Positions 1-7,810 of a stretch of DNA of 40,784 bases are shown here, in pieces. Source of the DNA: an uncultured Candidatus Saccharibacteria bacterium (GTDB lineage: Bacteria > Patescibacteriota > Doudnabacteria > UBA920 > 2-02-FULL-46-11); contig CAZSSD010000001.1 of NCBI GenBank assembly GCA_964609765.1, forward strand, positions 1-40,784, read 5' to 3'. The notes beneath the pieces are model-generated. The model saw only the letters and a program-made list of their open reading frames with translations. It did not search any database and had not been told where the DNA came from. Numbering within the stretch: position 1 is the first letter of the stretch; each line of letters starts with the position of its first letter. The translations under genes and the position numbers were made by a program.

Positions 1-2
1 CC

Positions 3-824
3 CGCCAGGTCGGCGTGCCGTACATCGTGGTTTATTTGAACAAGGTGGATATGGTTGACGATCCGGAACTTTTGGATCTGGTGGAAGCAGAAATCCGCGA
101 ACTTTTAACCAAATATCAATTCCCGGGCGATACCACCCCGATTATTCGCGGTTCAGCCCTGAAAGCCTTGGAAGGCGACACAACCGAGATTGGCGAAGCT
201 TCTATTATGAAGCTTATGGAGTCTCTCGATGCGTATATTCCAGAGCCAACCCGTGAAGTAGATAAGCCATATTTGATGCCGATTGAAGATATCTTTTCTA
301 TTGAGGGCCGCGGTACCGTGGTCACGGGTAGAATCGAGCGCGGTATTGTCAAAGTTGGCGAAGAAGTGGAGATTGTCGGTTTGCGTCCAACCCAAAAGAC
401 CGTGGTGACCGGTATTGAAATGTTTAACAAGAGTTTGGATGAAGGTCGTGCTGGTGACAACGCTGGCGTGCTTCTGCGTGGTACGAAAAAGACCGAGGTT
501 GAGCGTGGACAGGTTTTGTGTAAGCCGGGCAGCATCACTCCTCACACCGAATTTGAAGCGGAAGTTTATGTTTTGACCAAGGAAGAAGGCGGCCGCCACA
601 CTCCGTTTTTTAAGGGTTATAAACCGCAATTTTATATTCGTACGACTGATGTCACTGGTGAAGTGGAGTTGCCGGAAGGCCAGGAAATGGTTATGCCTGG
701 CGATACTATCAATATCAAAGTTAAGCTCATTTCCCCCATTGCCTTGGAAGAAAAGCAGCGCTTTGCCATCCGCGAGGGTGGTCGCACAGTCGGCGCCGGT
801 GTCATTGCCAAAATTATCAAGTAA
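3..824 (+). CDS. tuf: Elongation factor Tu, C-terminal 273 codons (5' end cut by window edge)
   Basis: The frame opens at nt 3 ([20 protein letters not shown]...). Domain II/III motifs are present ([24 protein letters not shown]). The gene lies directly upstream of rpsJ. Confidence 0.97.
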   Translation, partial: RQVGVPYIVVYLNKVDMVDDPELLDLVEAEIRELLTKYQFPGDTTPIIRGSALKALEGDTTEIGEASIMKLMESLDAYIPEPTREVDKPYLMPIEDIFSIEGRGTVVTGRIERGIVKVGEEVEIVGLRPTQKTVVTGIEMFNKSLDEGRAGDNAGVLLRGTKKTEVERGQVLCKPGSITPHTEFEAEVYVLTKEEGGRHTPFFKGYKPQFYIRTTDVTGEVELPEGQEMVMPGDTINIKVKLISPIALEEKQRFAIREGGRTVGAGVIAKIIK

Positions 825-834
825 ATTAATAGTT

Positions 835-869
835 TTAAGCCTCCGCTGCACCTCGGCGGAGGCTTTAAA
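835..869 (+). terminator. Stem-loop after tuf (10-bp stem aagcctccgc / gcggaggctt at 837-846 / 856-865)
   Basis: A perfect 10-bp inverted repeat is flanked by tttt / aaaa. The T-run is weak, so this may be a partial terminator or a processing hairpin. Confidence 0.45.
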
Positions 870-887
870 ATGGCCTTAAGTTCTAAA

Positions 888-916
888 TTGACTAATTAAT
901 TAAATTTTGATAGTAT
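888..916 (+). promoter_or_regulatory. Sigma70-type promoter for the S10 operon
   Basis: TTGACT (888-893), a 17-nt spacer, then TAGTAT (911-916) preceded by TGa (extended -10). It lies 27 nt upstream of the rpsJ ATG. Confidence 0.5.
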
Positions 917-942
917 ATTCAAGCATCTAAAATTCGCTCTTT

Positions 943-1275
943 ATGACTACTACTACCGCTAAGGAAGAAAAAGCCAGAATTCGTATAAAAATACGAGCTT
1001 ATGATCATAAATTGATTGATCAAAGCGCTCGTCAGATAGTTGAGACGGCTAGACGCAGCGGCGCGGAAATAACTGGCCCGGTACCCCTACCGACCGAAAA
1101 GACTAAGTATACGGTTTTGCGGAGCACCTTTGTACATAAGAATTCCCGAGAGCAATTTGAGATGCGCGTGCATAAACGTATTATCGACCTCTACAACCCC
1201 ACACCTAAAACCATTGATGCCCTTACGAATTTAAACCTTCCGGCGGGTGTGGATGTAGAGATTAAGATGAGTTAG
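943..1275 (+). CDS. rpsJ: 30S ribosomal protein S10
   Basis: [16 protein letters not shown]...[12 protein letters not shown] motif. It is the first gene of the S10 operon order. Confidence 0.97.
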   Translation: MTTTTAKEEKARIRIKIRAYDHKLIDQSARQIVETARRSGAEITGPVPLPTEKTKYTVLRSTFVHKNSREQFEMRVHKRIIDLYNPTPKTIDALTNLNLPAGVDVEIKMS

Positions 1276-1422
1276 GGATACGTTATACAATTGAAAACGA
1301 CCTAGAGTTGATCCATTGCCCCAAAAGGCTGGGCGTGGATATCGCTAGACCCAAGCAATCGGACTGGTTCGTATCAAACGAACACGATATGGGTCAGTCT
1401 GATTTCTTTTTATAAAAATTTT
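1276..1422 (+). promoter_or_regulatory. Unusually long structured rpsJ-rplC spacer (candidate attenuator or r-protein leader)
   Basis: The spacer is 147 nt and ORF-free. There is a hairpin gttcgt/acgaac (1367-1372/1378-1383). Two pairings cross each other: gaccca/tgggtc (1348-1353/1390-1395) and aatcggact/agtctgatt (1357-1365/1396-1404). The second is followed by tctttttat. Confidence 0.35.
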
Positions 1423-2049
1423 ATGGCCAAGATGATACTGGGTACCAAGCTAAATATGTCGCAGACGTTTGATGCCACTGGCCGGGTTGTGCCGGTGACC
1501 GTAGTTCAAGCTGGGCCCGTAATCGTGGCGCAGGTTAAAAAGAAAGACAGCAAGGATAAGTATGGCGCCGTTCAAGTTGGTTTCGGCAAAAAGAGGAATC
1601 CAAGCAAAGCCATGGCCGGCCACGCTAAGGATTTAGGTGGTTTTAAACATATGCGCGAATTCCGCGTTGCTGGTGATGAGAATTTTGAGGTCGGCCAGGT
1701 ACTTTCTGCCGCGCAGTTCGAGGTGGGTGATTATGTTGATGTGCAGGGAGTTATGAAGGGTCGGGGTTTTACCGGTCCGGTTAAGCGATATAATTTTCGG
1801 GGCGCGCCCAAGACCCATGGACACGACCATCCCCGCGCTGTCGGTTCTATTGGCCAGCGTTTTCCGCAGCATACTCTTAAAGGCCGCCGCATGGCCGGCC
1901 GTATGGGCGGCCATAATATTACAGTTAAGAATTTAGAAGTCATTGAAGTCGATGGCAAGCGCAATTTAATTGCCGTTAAAGGCACGGTGCCTGGCGCCAA
2001 CGGCGGCTTGCTTAAAATAACGCAAAGTCGCAAATCACGTAACGCGTAG
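1423..2049 (+). CDS. rplC: 50S ribosomal protein L3
   Basis: MILGTKLNMSQTFD...GKGFTGPVKRYNF motif plus synteny. Confidence 0.97.
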   Translation: MAKMILGTKLNMSQTFDATGRVVPVTVVQAGPVIVAQVKKKDSKDKYGAVQVGFGKKRNPSKAMAGHAKDLGGFKHMREFRVAGDENFEVGQVLSAAQFEVGDYVDVQGVMKGRGFTGPVKRYNFRGAPKTHGHDHPRAVGSIGQRFPQHTLKGRRMAGRMGGHNITVKNLEVIEVDGKRNLIAVKGTVPGANGGLLKITQSRKSRNA

Positions 2050-2059
2050 CACGTAACAT

Positions 2060-2713
2060 ATGTCAAAAGTACCGGTATATAATCAAACAGGTGAAAAGAT
2101 TGAGGAGTTGGATTTAACTTCGGCTATTTTTGATATTGAACCAAAGGTGGAATTGCTGGAAGAAGCGGTCAGAATGCAGTTGGCTAATGCCCGTCAGCCT
2201 CTCGGCCATACCAAAACTCGTGCCGAAGTGCGCGGCGGCGGCCGCAAGCCATGGAAGCAAAAGGGCACCGGTCGCGCGCGTCACGGTTCGATTCGTTCCC
2301 CATTATGGTCCGGCGGCGGCGTTACTTTTGGGCCGCGCTCAAATCGCAATTGGCAAATTAAAATGAATAAGAGCGCCTATCGTAAGGCTTTATTTATGGC
2401 TTTAACCGACAAGGTTCGCAATAACGCCCTGATCGTGGTGGACAAGATGGATATTGACCAGCCCAAAACAGCGATACTGGCCAAGATTTTGAAGAATTTT
2501 TTGGAAAAGGTGGATGCGGCGCCCAGAAATGTTTTATTAGTGGTACTGCCGGGCAAGGACGGGAATTTGGAAGTAGCCGGAAAGAACTTGGCCGGAGCCC
2601 AGGTCACGCGCGCCAACAGCTTGAGTGTTTACGATATTTTAAGGTCGAACAATTTGGTTGTGTTAAAAGACGCGATTTCAACAATCGAGAAGACTTATAG
2701 CCGTAAGGAATAA
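2060..2713 (+). CDS. rplD: 50S ribosomal protein L4
   Basis: RGGGRKPWKQKGTGRARHGSIRSPLWSGGGVTFGP motif plus synteny. Confidence 0.97.
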   Translation: MSKVPVYNQTGEKIEELDLTSAIFDIEPKVELLEEAVRMQLANARQPLGHTKTRAEVRGGGRKPWKQKGTGRARHGSIRSPLWSGGGVTFGPRSNRNWQIKMNKSAYRKALFMALTDKVRNNALIVVDKMDIDQPKTAILAKILKNFLEKVDAAPRNVLLVVLPGKDGNLEVAGKNLAGAQVTRANSLSVYDILRSNNLVVLKDAISTIEKTYSRKE

Positions 2714-2716
2714 ATC

Positions 2717-2995
2717 ATGAGCGTACTCGTTAAACCAATTATTTCAGAAAAGGCCGGCAGCTTAACTAAATTAGGGAAGTACGTTTTTGAAGTAACGCGC
2801 AAGGCCACCGCTTCCGAGGTCAAGAAGGAAATAGAAAAGGTTTATAAAGTTAAAGTCGTTTCCGTTAACACAATTGTCGTGGCCGGTAAAAATCGCCGTT
2901 ATGGCCGAAGTGTCGGCAGAACCAGCGACCGCAAGAAGGCAGTGGTCACGCTCGTATCCGGTCAAACCATTGAAGGTATAAGCGAACCCGCATAA
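2717..2995 (+). CDS. rplW: 50S ribosomal protein L23
   Basis: ISEKA...YVFEV...ASEVKKEIEKVYKVKVVSVNT motif plus synteny. Confidence 0.95.
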   Translation: MSVLVKPIISEKAGSLTKLGKYVFEVTRKATASEVKKEIEKVYKVKVVSVNTIVVAGKNRRYGRSVGRTSDRKKAVVTLVSGQTIEGISEPA

Positions 2996-3009
2996 AAGGT
3001 TGAAATCTT

Positions 3010-3131
3010 AAATCCTAATTTCTAAATCCTAAATAATGTCCAAATTACAAGTTCAAAATTCAAAACGTTTCAGTAATTCGGATTTTGGATTTGGTGTTTA
3101 TTTGGAATTTAGAGTTTCTAATTTAGGATTT
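3010..3131 (+). repeat. AT-rich long imperfect hairpin element, copy A
   Basis: The terminal arms are aaatcctaa (3010-3018) and ttaggattt (3123-3131), with further internal complementary blocks. It is 122 nt long, the same length as copy B and roughly 80-85% identical to it by eye. Confidence 0.8.
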
Positions 3132-3141
3132 GGAGCGTAAG

Positions 3142-3221
3142 AACCTGCCCGCGGCGGGCAGAACCTTGCGGCGAGAGGTTTCAGCCTTCGGCTGACCTTC
3201 GGAGCCCCAAGGCGCCGTAAG
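3142..3221 (+). repeat. GC-rich structured module, copy 1 (74 nt plus one copy of the flanking CGTAAG)
   Basis: It is flanked by CGTAAG at 3136-3141 and 3216-3221. It contains the perfect hairpin ctgcccgc-g-gcgggcag (3145-3161) and a 9-bp outer stem cttgcggcg/cgccgtaag (3165-3173/3213-3221). Positions 3136-3229 are 94/94 identical to 5967-6060. Confidence 0.85.
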
Positions 3222-3227
3222 CGACAT

Positions 3228-4064
3228 ATGGCTATTAAAGTTTACAAACCAACATCAGCAGGTCGCCGCATCTCTTCGGTTTTGGATACTTCCCACCTAA
3301 CCAAGAAAAAGCCGGAGAAGAGTTTGATTATGCGCAAGAAGAATTCGGCGGGCCGAAACAACACCGGTACCATTACGGTACGCCACCGCGGCGGCGGCGC
3401 GCGCAAACTTATCAGGATAGTTGATAATAAGCGCGAGAAGTTAAATGTGCCGGCCAGAGTAACAGCTTTGGAGTACGATCCCAATCGTTCCGCCAGTTTG
3501 ATGCTTTTAACATATGCCGACGGCGAAAAGCGTTACAGTATTGCTCCGGTCGGCGTTTCCGTAAACCAGACAGTTTTGTCCGGCCAGCGCGTTGATGTTA
3601 GGCCCGGTAATCGCATGGCGCTTACCAATATGCCGCTCGGTACTTTTATCCATGATATAGAAATGGCACCGGGCCGCGGCGGCAAAATTGCGCGCAGCGC
3701 CGGCAGCTACGCTATTTTACAAGCTGTCGAAGCCGGCTTCGCTTTGCTCAAGATGCCATCCGGTGAAATCAGAAAGGTGCCCGCTGGCGGTTTTGCTTCG
3801 ATTGGTCAAGTCAGCAATTCCGACTGGCAGAATGTGCGTTGGGGCAAAGCTGGCCGGACCCGGCACCGCGGTTTTAGACCGACCGTGCTCGGTAAGTCAA
3901 TGAATCCGGTTGATCACCGCCATGGTGGCGGTGAAGGCCATTCGCCGATTGGTTTGAAGCGGCCGGTTACGCCTTGGGGTAAGCCGGCTTTGGGCGTGAA
4001 AACGCGCAATAAGACGAAGGCCTCTAATAAATTTATTGTTAAGCGCAGGCCAAAAGGTAAGTAG
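3228..4064 (+). CDS. rplB: 50S ribosomal protein L2
   Basis: RHRGGGARK...[13 protein letters not shown] motifs plus synteny. Confidence 0.98.
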   Translation: MAIKVYKPTSAGRRISSVLDTSHLTKKKPEKSLIMRKKNSAGRNNTGTITVRHRGGGARKLIRIVDNKREKLNVPARVTALEYDPNRSASLMLLTYADGEKRYSIAPVGVSVNQTVLSGQRVDVRPGNRMALTNMPLGTFIHDIEMAPGRGGKIARSAGSYAILQAVEAGFALLKMPSGEIRKVPAGGFASIGQVSNSDWQNVRWGKAGRTRHRGFRPTVLGKSMNPVDHRHGGGEGHSPIGLKRPVTPWGKPALGVKTRNKTKASNKFIVKRRPKGK

Positions 4065-4066
4065 GT

Positions 4067-4399
4067 ATGAGCAGAAGTTTAAAGAAAGGTCCTTTTGCGG
4101 ATGCAAAGTTAATGAAGAAGGTGTTGGCCGCCAAAGCCGCAGGCGGCAAGAGCACGATTAAAACATGGTCGCGCGATTCTATGGTTTTTCCAGAAATGGT
4201 TGGTTTAACTATTGCCGTGCATAATGGCAAGACCCATGTTCCGGTTTTTATTACCGAGAATATGGTTGGCCACCATCTGGGCGAGTTTGCGCCTACGCGC
4301 AAGTTTGTCGGACATGGTGGCAAGATGGCCAAGGCTCAAGAAGCATCCGCGACGGCGACTGCCGCCGCACCGGCACCAGCCGCGGAAGCAAAGAAATAA
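4067..4399 (+). CDS. rpsS: 30S ribosomal protein S19 (Ala-rich C-terminal tail)
   Basis: SRSLKKGPF...[31 protein letters not shown] motif. Confidence 0.97.
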   Translation: MSRSLKKGPFADAKLMKKVLAAKAAGGKSTIKTWSRDSMVFPEMVGLTIAVHNGKTHVPVFITENMVGHHLGEFAPTRKFVGHGGKMAKAQEASATATAAAPAPAAEAKK

Positions 4400-4406
4400 T
4401 TGAATT

Positions 4407-4994
4407 ATGCCTAAGTCAAAGCCCGCAGAATTAAATAGTGAACCAAAGAAGCGCGCGCTCGTTTCCGCCCGCGTTGTTGGCGTTCATATTTCGCCGCGCA
4501 AATCAAGATTGGTGGCCGATTTAATCCGCGGCCAGTTTGCGGCGGAGGCCGTGGCTAGCTTGCAGCACTTGCCCAAACGAGCGGCTAAGCCGATTTTGAA
4601 ACTTCTACTTTCCGCCATTGCTAACGCCGAGCACAATTTGAAGCTACAGAAGGAAAACCTGAAGATTAATAAGATTACGGTTGACCAGGGTCCCAAGATA
4701 AAACGTTTCCAACCGCGCGCCTATGGCCGCGCCGGCGAGATACGTCGGCCCACCAGCCATATTTTTATCACCCTCGAGGAAGTGGCTGCGGTATCCAAGA
4801 AGGGTAAAAAATTCGCATTTCCAATTATATCCCGCCGGGTTCGCAAGGAAAAAGTTGAACATGACCACAAGCATGATGACAAAGACGAAAAGCGGGGCCA
4901 GATGCCAGGCGAAGAGCCGAAAGAAGTTAAGCCCAAGAGAGCTTTCTTTGGCGGTCGTAAAAATATATTAACTCGTAAGGGCGGAGAAAAGTAA
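4407..4994 (+). CDS. rplV: 50S ribosomal protein L22 with long charged C-terminal extension
   Basis: The core matches ISPRKSRLVADLIRG...PRAYGRAGEIRRPTSHI. It is followed by ~65 extra residues rich in K/E/D/H. Confidence 0.93.
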   Translation: MPKSKPAELNSEPKKRALVSARVVGVHISPRKSRLVADLIRGQFAAEAVASLQHLPKRAAKPILKLLLSAIANAEHNLKLQKENLKINKITVDQGPKIKRFQPRAYGRAGEIRRPTSHIFITLEEVAAVSKKGKKFAFPIISRRVRKEKVEHDHKHDDKDEKRGQMPGEEPKEVKPKRAFFGGRKNILTRKGGEK

Positions 4995-5039
4995 AGCATG
5001 AATAAGCAACTACCAATGACCAATAATCAATTAATATTC

Positions 5040-5130
5040 AAGAACCGATCTGCAAATTTTTGGAATTCGAGATTTAAAATTTGTTTGGGATTTGGGATTT
5101 GGAGTTTGGAGATTGGAGCGTAAGCGACGT
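5040..5130 (+). repeat. Hairpin-family element, copy C (G/T-rich arm plus conserved tail, no GC module)
   Basis: The sequence tttgggatttgggatttggagtttggagattggagcgtaagcgacgtATG shares its 3' tail ggagcgtaag|cgac with copies A and B. It represents the unoccupied CGTAAG site. Confidence 0.6.
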
Positions 5131-5805
5131 ATGGGTCACAAAATTTCACCAACAAGTTTAAGATTAGACATTACCGAGAACTGGAAATCTCGCTGGTTTA
5201 GTCGTTTGCATGCCCGCGATGTTTTGAAGCAAGATCATCTAATCCGGGAATTTATTAAGGATAATTACAAGAAAGCTAATATTTTGGGGGTAGATATAGA
5301 GCGTACGGCCAATAATCTTCATATTATAATCCGCACGCCTCGTCCCGGTATCTTAATTGGCCGCGGCGGTAGCGGTGTCGAAGAAATGCGCAAAAAAGTA
5401 CAGAAGCTGGCTAAGCTTGCGGTCCCGCCCCGCGTGACTATTCCCACCGAAGACATTAATACTTTGGCCAATTCCGCCCAGGCTGTGGCTTCGAGTATTG
5501 CTGAACAGATGGAAAAGCGTCTGCCCTATCGCCGTGTTATTAAGCAGTCTTTGGACAATCTTATGCAGGGTCGAATCAAGGGCGCCAAAATTGCGGTCGG
5601 GGGCCGGCTCGACGGCGGGGACATTGCGCGCACGGAGTCTTTGCAAAAAGGCAAGCTGCCTTTACACACGCTCCGCGCTAATATAGATTTTGCGCGCGCT
5701 ACCGCTTTTACCACTTATGGTACCGTTGGCGTCAAGGTTTGGGTTTACAAGGGTGATGTATTGGCAAAGTCGTCTAACGAAAAAACGTCTCTGCCGTCGC
5801 GATAG
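5131..5805 (+). CDS. rpsC: 30S ribosomal protein S3
   Basis: MGHKISPTSLRL starts at the ATG at 5131. The ORF-track start at 5092 is a TTG inside the repeat element. KH and S3-C motifs (GILIGRGGSGVEE, GAKIAVGGRL) are present. Confidence 0.95.
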   Translation: MGHKISPTSLRLDITENWKSRWFSRLHARDVLKQDHLIREFIKDNYKKANILGVDIERTANNLHIIIRTPRPGILIGRGGSGVEEMRKKVQKLAKLAVPPRVTIPTEDINTLANSAQAVASSIAEQMEKRLPYRRVIKQSLDNLMQGRIKGAKIAVGGRLDGGDIARTESLQKGKLPLHTLRANIDFARATAFTTYGTVGVKVWVYKGDVLAKSSNEKTSLPSR

Positions 5806-5840
5806 TGAGAAGGGTAAAGGTTGTCAATCAATTAAATTCT

Positions 5841-5962
5841 AAATCCTAATTTTTAAATCCTAAACAATGTTAAAATTCCAATTTCAAAATTTAAAACTTT
5901 TCCGAAATTCAGATTTTGGATTTGGAATTTATTTAGGTTTTAGAGTTTGTAATTTAGGATTT
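5841..5962 (+). repeat. AT-rich long imperfect hairpin element, copy B
   Basis: The terminal arms are aaatcctaa (5841-5849) and ttaggattt (5954-5962). It is 122 nt and a paralogue of copy A. Confidence 0.8.
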
Positions 5963-5972
5963 GGAACGTAAG

Positions 5973-6052
5973 AACCTGCCCGCGGCGGGCAGAACCTTGC
6001 GGCGAGAGGTTTCAGCCTTCGGCTGACCTTCGGAGCCCCAAGGCGCCGTAAG
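5973..6052 (+). repeat. GC-rich structured module, copy 2
   Basis: It is flanked by CGTAAG at 5967-5972 and 6047-6052. Positions 5967-6060 are identical to 3136-3229. Confidence 0.85.
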
Positions 6053-6060
6053 CGACATAT

Positions 6061-6468
6061 ATGTTAATTCCCAAAAAGGTCAAACATCGAAAACATCATA
6101 GAGGCCATACCCGCGGCAAGGCTACCAGCGGTACTGAAATCGCTTTTGGTTCGTATGGTTTAAAAGCCATGGAGAATGGCTGGCTGTCTAGTCGACAAAT
6201 AGAAGCCGCTCGGCGCGCCATGACCCGCAGTATTCAGAGAGGCGGTAAAATTTGGATTCGCGTTTTTCCGGATAAGCCCATTACTTTTCATGGTAATGAA
6301 TCAGTGATGGGTGGCGGCAAGGGCAGTGTTGAATATTTTGTCGCCCCGGTTTTAAAGGGCCGTGTTTTGTTCGAAATGGAAGGCGTGGCTGTGGAAGCTG
6401 CGGCCGAAGCCATGCGCTTGGCTGCCCATAAACTCCCCCTCAAGACTAAATTTTTAAGTAATAAGTAG
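6061..6468 (+). CDS. rplP: 50S ribosomal protein L16
   Basis: [15 protein letters not shown]...[12 protein letters not shown]...[14 protein letters not shown] motif. Confidence 0.98.
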   Translation: MLIPKKVKHRKHHRGHTRGKATSGTEIAFGSYGLKAMENGWLSSRQIEAARRAMTRSIQRGGKIWIRVFPDKPITFHGNESVMGGGKGSVEYFVAPVLKGRVLFEMEGVAVEAAAEAMRLAAHKLPLKTKFLSNK

Positions 6469-6471
6469 AAT

Positions 6472-6699
6472 ATGGCCAAAGCTTTGGACGAATTAAAAGA
6501 ATTGCAGAATTTGAATGGCGCGCAATTGCAGGCTAAACTTCGCGAGCTGCGCGAAAAATTGCGCGACCTGTCTTTCCGTACCCGGGCTGACGAAATTCGT
6601 GATATGCATGAGTTTGGGAATACCAGAAAAAGCATTGCCAGAGTGTTGACTATGCTCAATAAGAAAAGTAAGATTAACCCGCCCTCGCGGAAAGCCTAG
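6472..6699 (+). CDS. rpmC: 50S ribosomal protein L29
   Basis: LKELQNLNGAQLQAKLRELREKL pattern. The position between rplP and rpsQ fits. Confidence 0.9.
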   Translation: MAKALDELKELQNLNGAQLQAKLRELREKLRDLSFRTRADEIRDMHEFGNTRKSIARVLTMLNKKSKINPPSRKA

Positions 6700-6730
6700 C
6701 GCGGGCGTGCAGGTTATTTAATGTAAAAAT

Positions 6731-6997
6731 ATGTCAGATACTACTGATCAAAAAGAGAATAAGAAAGTACACGGTGCTTTTGTGGGCACAGTCGTTTCCG
6801 ATAAGGCGAATAAGACGCGCGTGGTTGAAATTAGGCAGCGCCGCCGGCACCCCAAATATAAGAAGATTTACACCATTACGAAGCGTTTCCACGTGCATGA
6901 TCCCGAAAATGCCTACAAGGTCGGCGATAAGGTAAATTTCATCCCAACCCGACCGTATTCCAAGACGAAGAAGTTTATCATTATCGGAAAAGTATAA
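6731..6997 (+). CDS. rpsQ: 30S ribosomal protein S17
   Basis: GTVVSDKANKTRVVEI...HPKYKKIYTITKRFHVHD motif. Confidence 0.95.
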   Translation: MSDTTDQKENKKVHGAFVGTVVSDKANKTRVVEIRQRRRHPKYKKIYTITKRFHVHDPENAYKVGDKVNFIPTRPYSKTKKFIIIGKV

Positions 6998-7003
6998 TAT
7001 TAT

Positions 7004-7094
7004 GAAATCTCAAATCTCAAGCTACAAATCACAAACAATGCTGGAATTCAGATTTTCTGGTTTGTATTTTGGGATTTGTTATTTGTAATTTAGG
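7004..7094 (+). repeat. Hairpin-family element, copy D
   Basis: The A/C-rich arm is gaaatctcaaatctcaagctacaaatcacaaac and the G/T-rich arm is tttgtattttgggatttgttatttgtaattt. The tail gggcgttagcgatatatATG resembles the A/B/C tails. Confidence 0.6.
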
Positions 7095-7109
7095 GCGTTA
7101 GCGATATAT

Positions 7110-7481
7110 ATGCTGCAGATCAGAAGTTATCTAAAAGTTGCTGACAACACTGGCGCGAAAGAAATCGCCGTTTTCTCCGTATCTGGCCGCAACAAGAGAA
7201 GGTATGCCCGTTTAGGCGATGTTGTGCGCGCTTCAGTTAAAGCCGCTACGCCCAATGGACAGGTTAAAAAGGGTGATTCGGTCCACGCAGTCATTGTCCG
7301 AACCCGCAAAGAAGTTAGGCGCAAGGACGGTTCTTATATCCGTTTTGATGAAAATGCCGCGGTTTTGGTCAATGCTCAAACTAAAGAGCCCCGGGGCACG
7401 CGTATTTTTGGCCCCATCCCCCGAGAAGTAAGAGACGCTGGTTTTGCCAAGATCGCGTCATTGGCCCCGGAGGTTATCTAA
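7110..7481 (+). CDS. rplN: 50S ribosomal protein L14
   Basis: [18 protein letters not shown]...AVIVRTRKE...[10 protein letters not shown] motif. Confidence 0.98.
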   Translation: MLQIRSYLKVADNTGAKEIAVFSVSGRNKRRYARLGDVVRASVKAATPNGQVKKGDSVHAVIVRTRKEVRRKDGSYIRFDENAAVLVNAQTKEPRGTRIFGPIPREVRDAGFAKIASLAPEVI

Positions 7482-7483
7482 AT

Positions 7484-7801
7484 ATGTCTAATCCTAATTT
7501 TAAAAAAGGCGATCAAGTCAAAATTTTATCCGGCAAGGACAAAGGCAAGACCGGTAAAATTTTGGAAGTGGCTAGCGGGGATGGCCGAGTGATGGTTGAG
7601 GGAGTGGGGCTGGTTATTAGGCATAAGCGTCCGCGCAGCAGCCGCGAAAAGGGCCAGAAGCTCACTAAACCCACTTTTATTGATCCGTCAAAGGTAATGT
7701 TGGTTTGTACGAACTGCGGTAAACCCGCGCGAGTTTCAATTAAAATTTCCGAGACGGGCGAGAAAAGTCGTATTTGCAAGAACTGTGAACGGGCAATTTA
7801 A
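7484..7801 (+). CDS. rplX: 50S ribosomal protein L24
   Basis: KKGDQVKILSGKDKGKTGKILEV (KOW motif) plus synteny. Confidence 0.95.
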   Translation: MSNPNFKKGDQVKILSGKDKGKTGKILEVASGDGRVMVEGVGLVIRHKRPRSSREKGQKLTKPTFIDPSKVMLVCTNCGKPARVSIKISETGEKSRICKNCERAI

Positions 7802-7810
7802 ACATAAGCT

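Noticed and set aside
153-851. 232-aa minus-strand ORF, together with 116..538 and 632..820, opposite tuf.
   Set aside because: These are antisense shadow ORFs inside an unambiguous EF-Tu reading frame. The sequences are low-complexity with no start context.
2278-2296. tRNA-like T-loop string ggttcgattcg, checked as part of a general look for tRNA, rRNA and SRP genes in spacers.
   Set aside because: The string lies inside the rplD reading frame with no cloverleaf context. No spacer contains a convincing tRNA, rRNA or SRP-RNA signature by eye.
3142-3221. Whether the GC-rich module is a self-cleaving ribozyme. The segment gccccaaggcgccguaag loosely resembles the CCCAAGC...AUAAAAG part of twister ribozymes.
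   Set aside because: The resemblance is limited to a few nucleotides recalled from memory. I could not build the required pseudoknots or find a cleavage-site context. It is left as something for a covariance-model scan to test, not as a claim.
5092-5130. Upstream-extended starts from the ORF track: rpsC at 5092, rpsH at 8588 and mreB at 34563.
   Set aside because: All three are TTG codons lying in repeat or spacer sequence. Downstream ATGs at 5131, 8606 and 34602 give canonical N-termini (MGHKISP, MTDPISDMLTRIRN, MLIKKIGIDLGT).
2996-7109. Whether the repeated intergenic elements form a CRISPR array.
   Set aside because: The copies are separated by whole genes and differ in length. They are internally palindromic and AT-rich. 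They show no regular repeat-spacer periodicity, and no cas genes are present.
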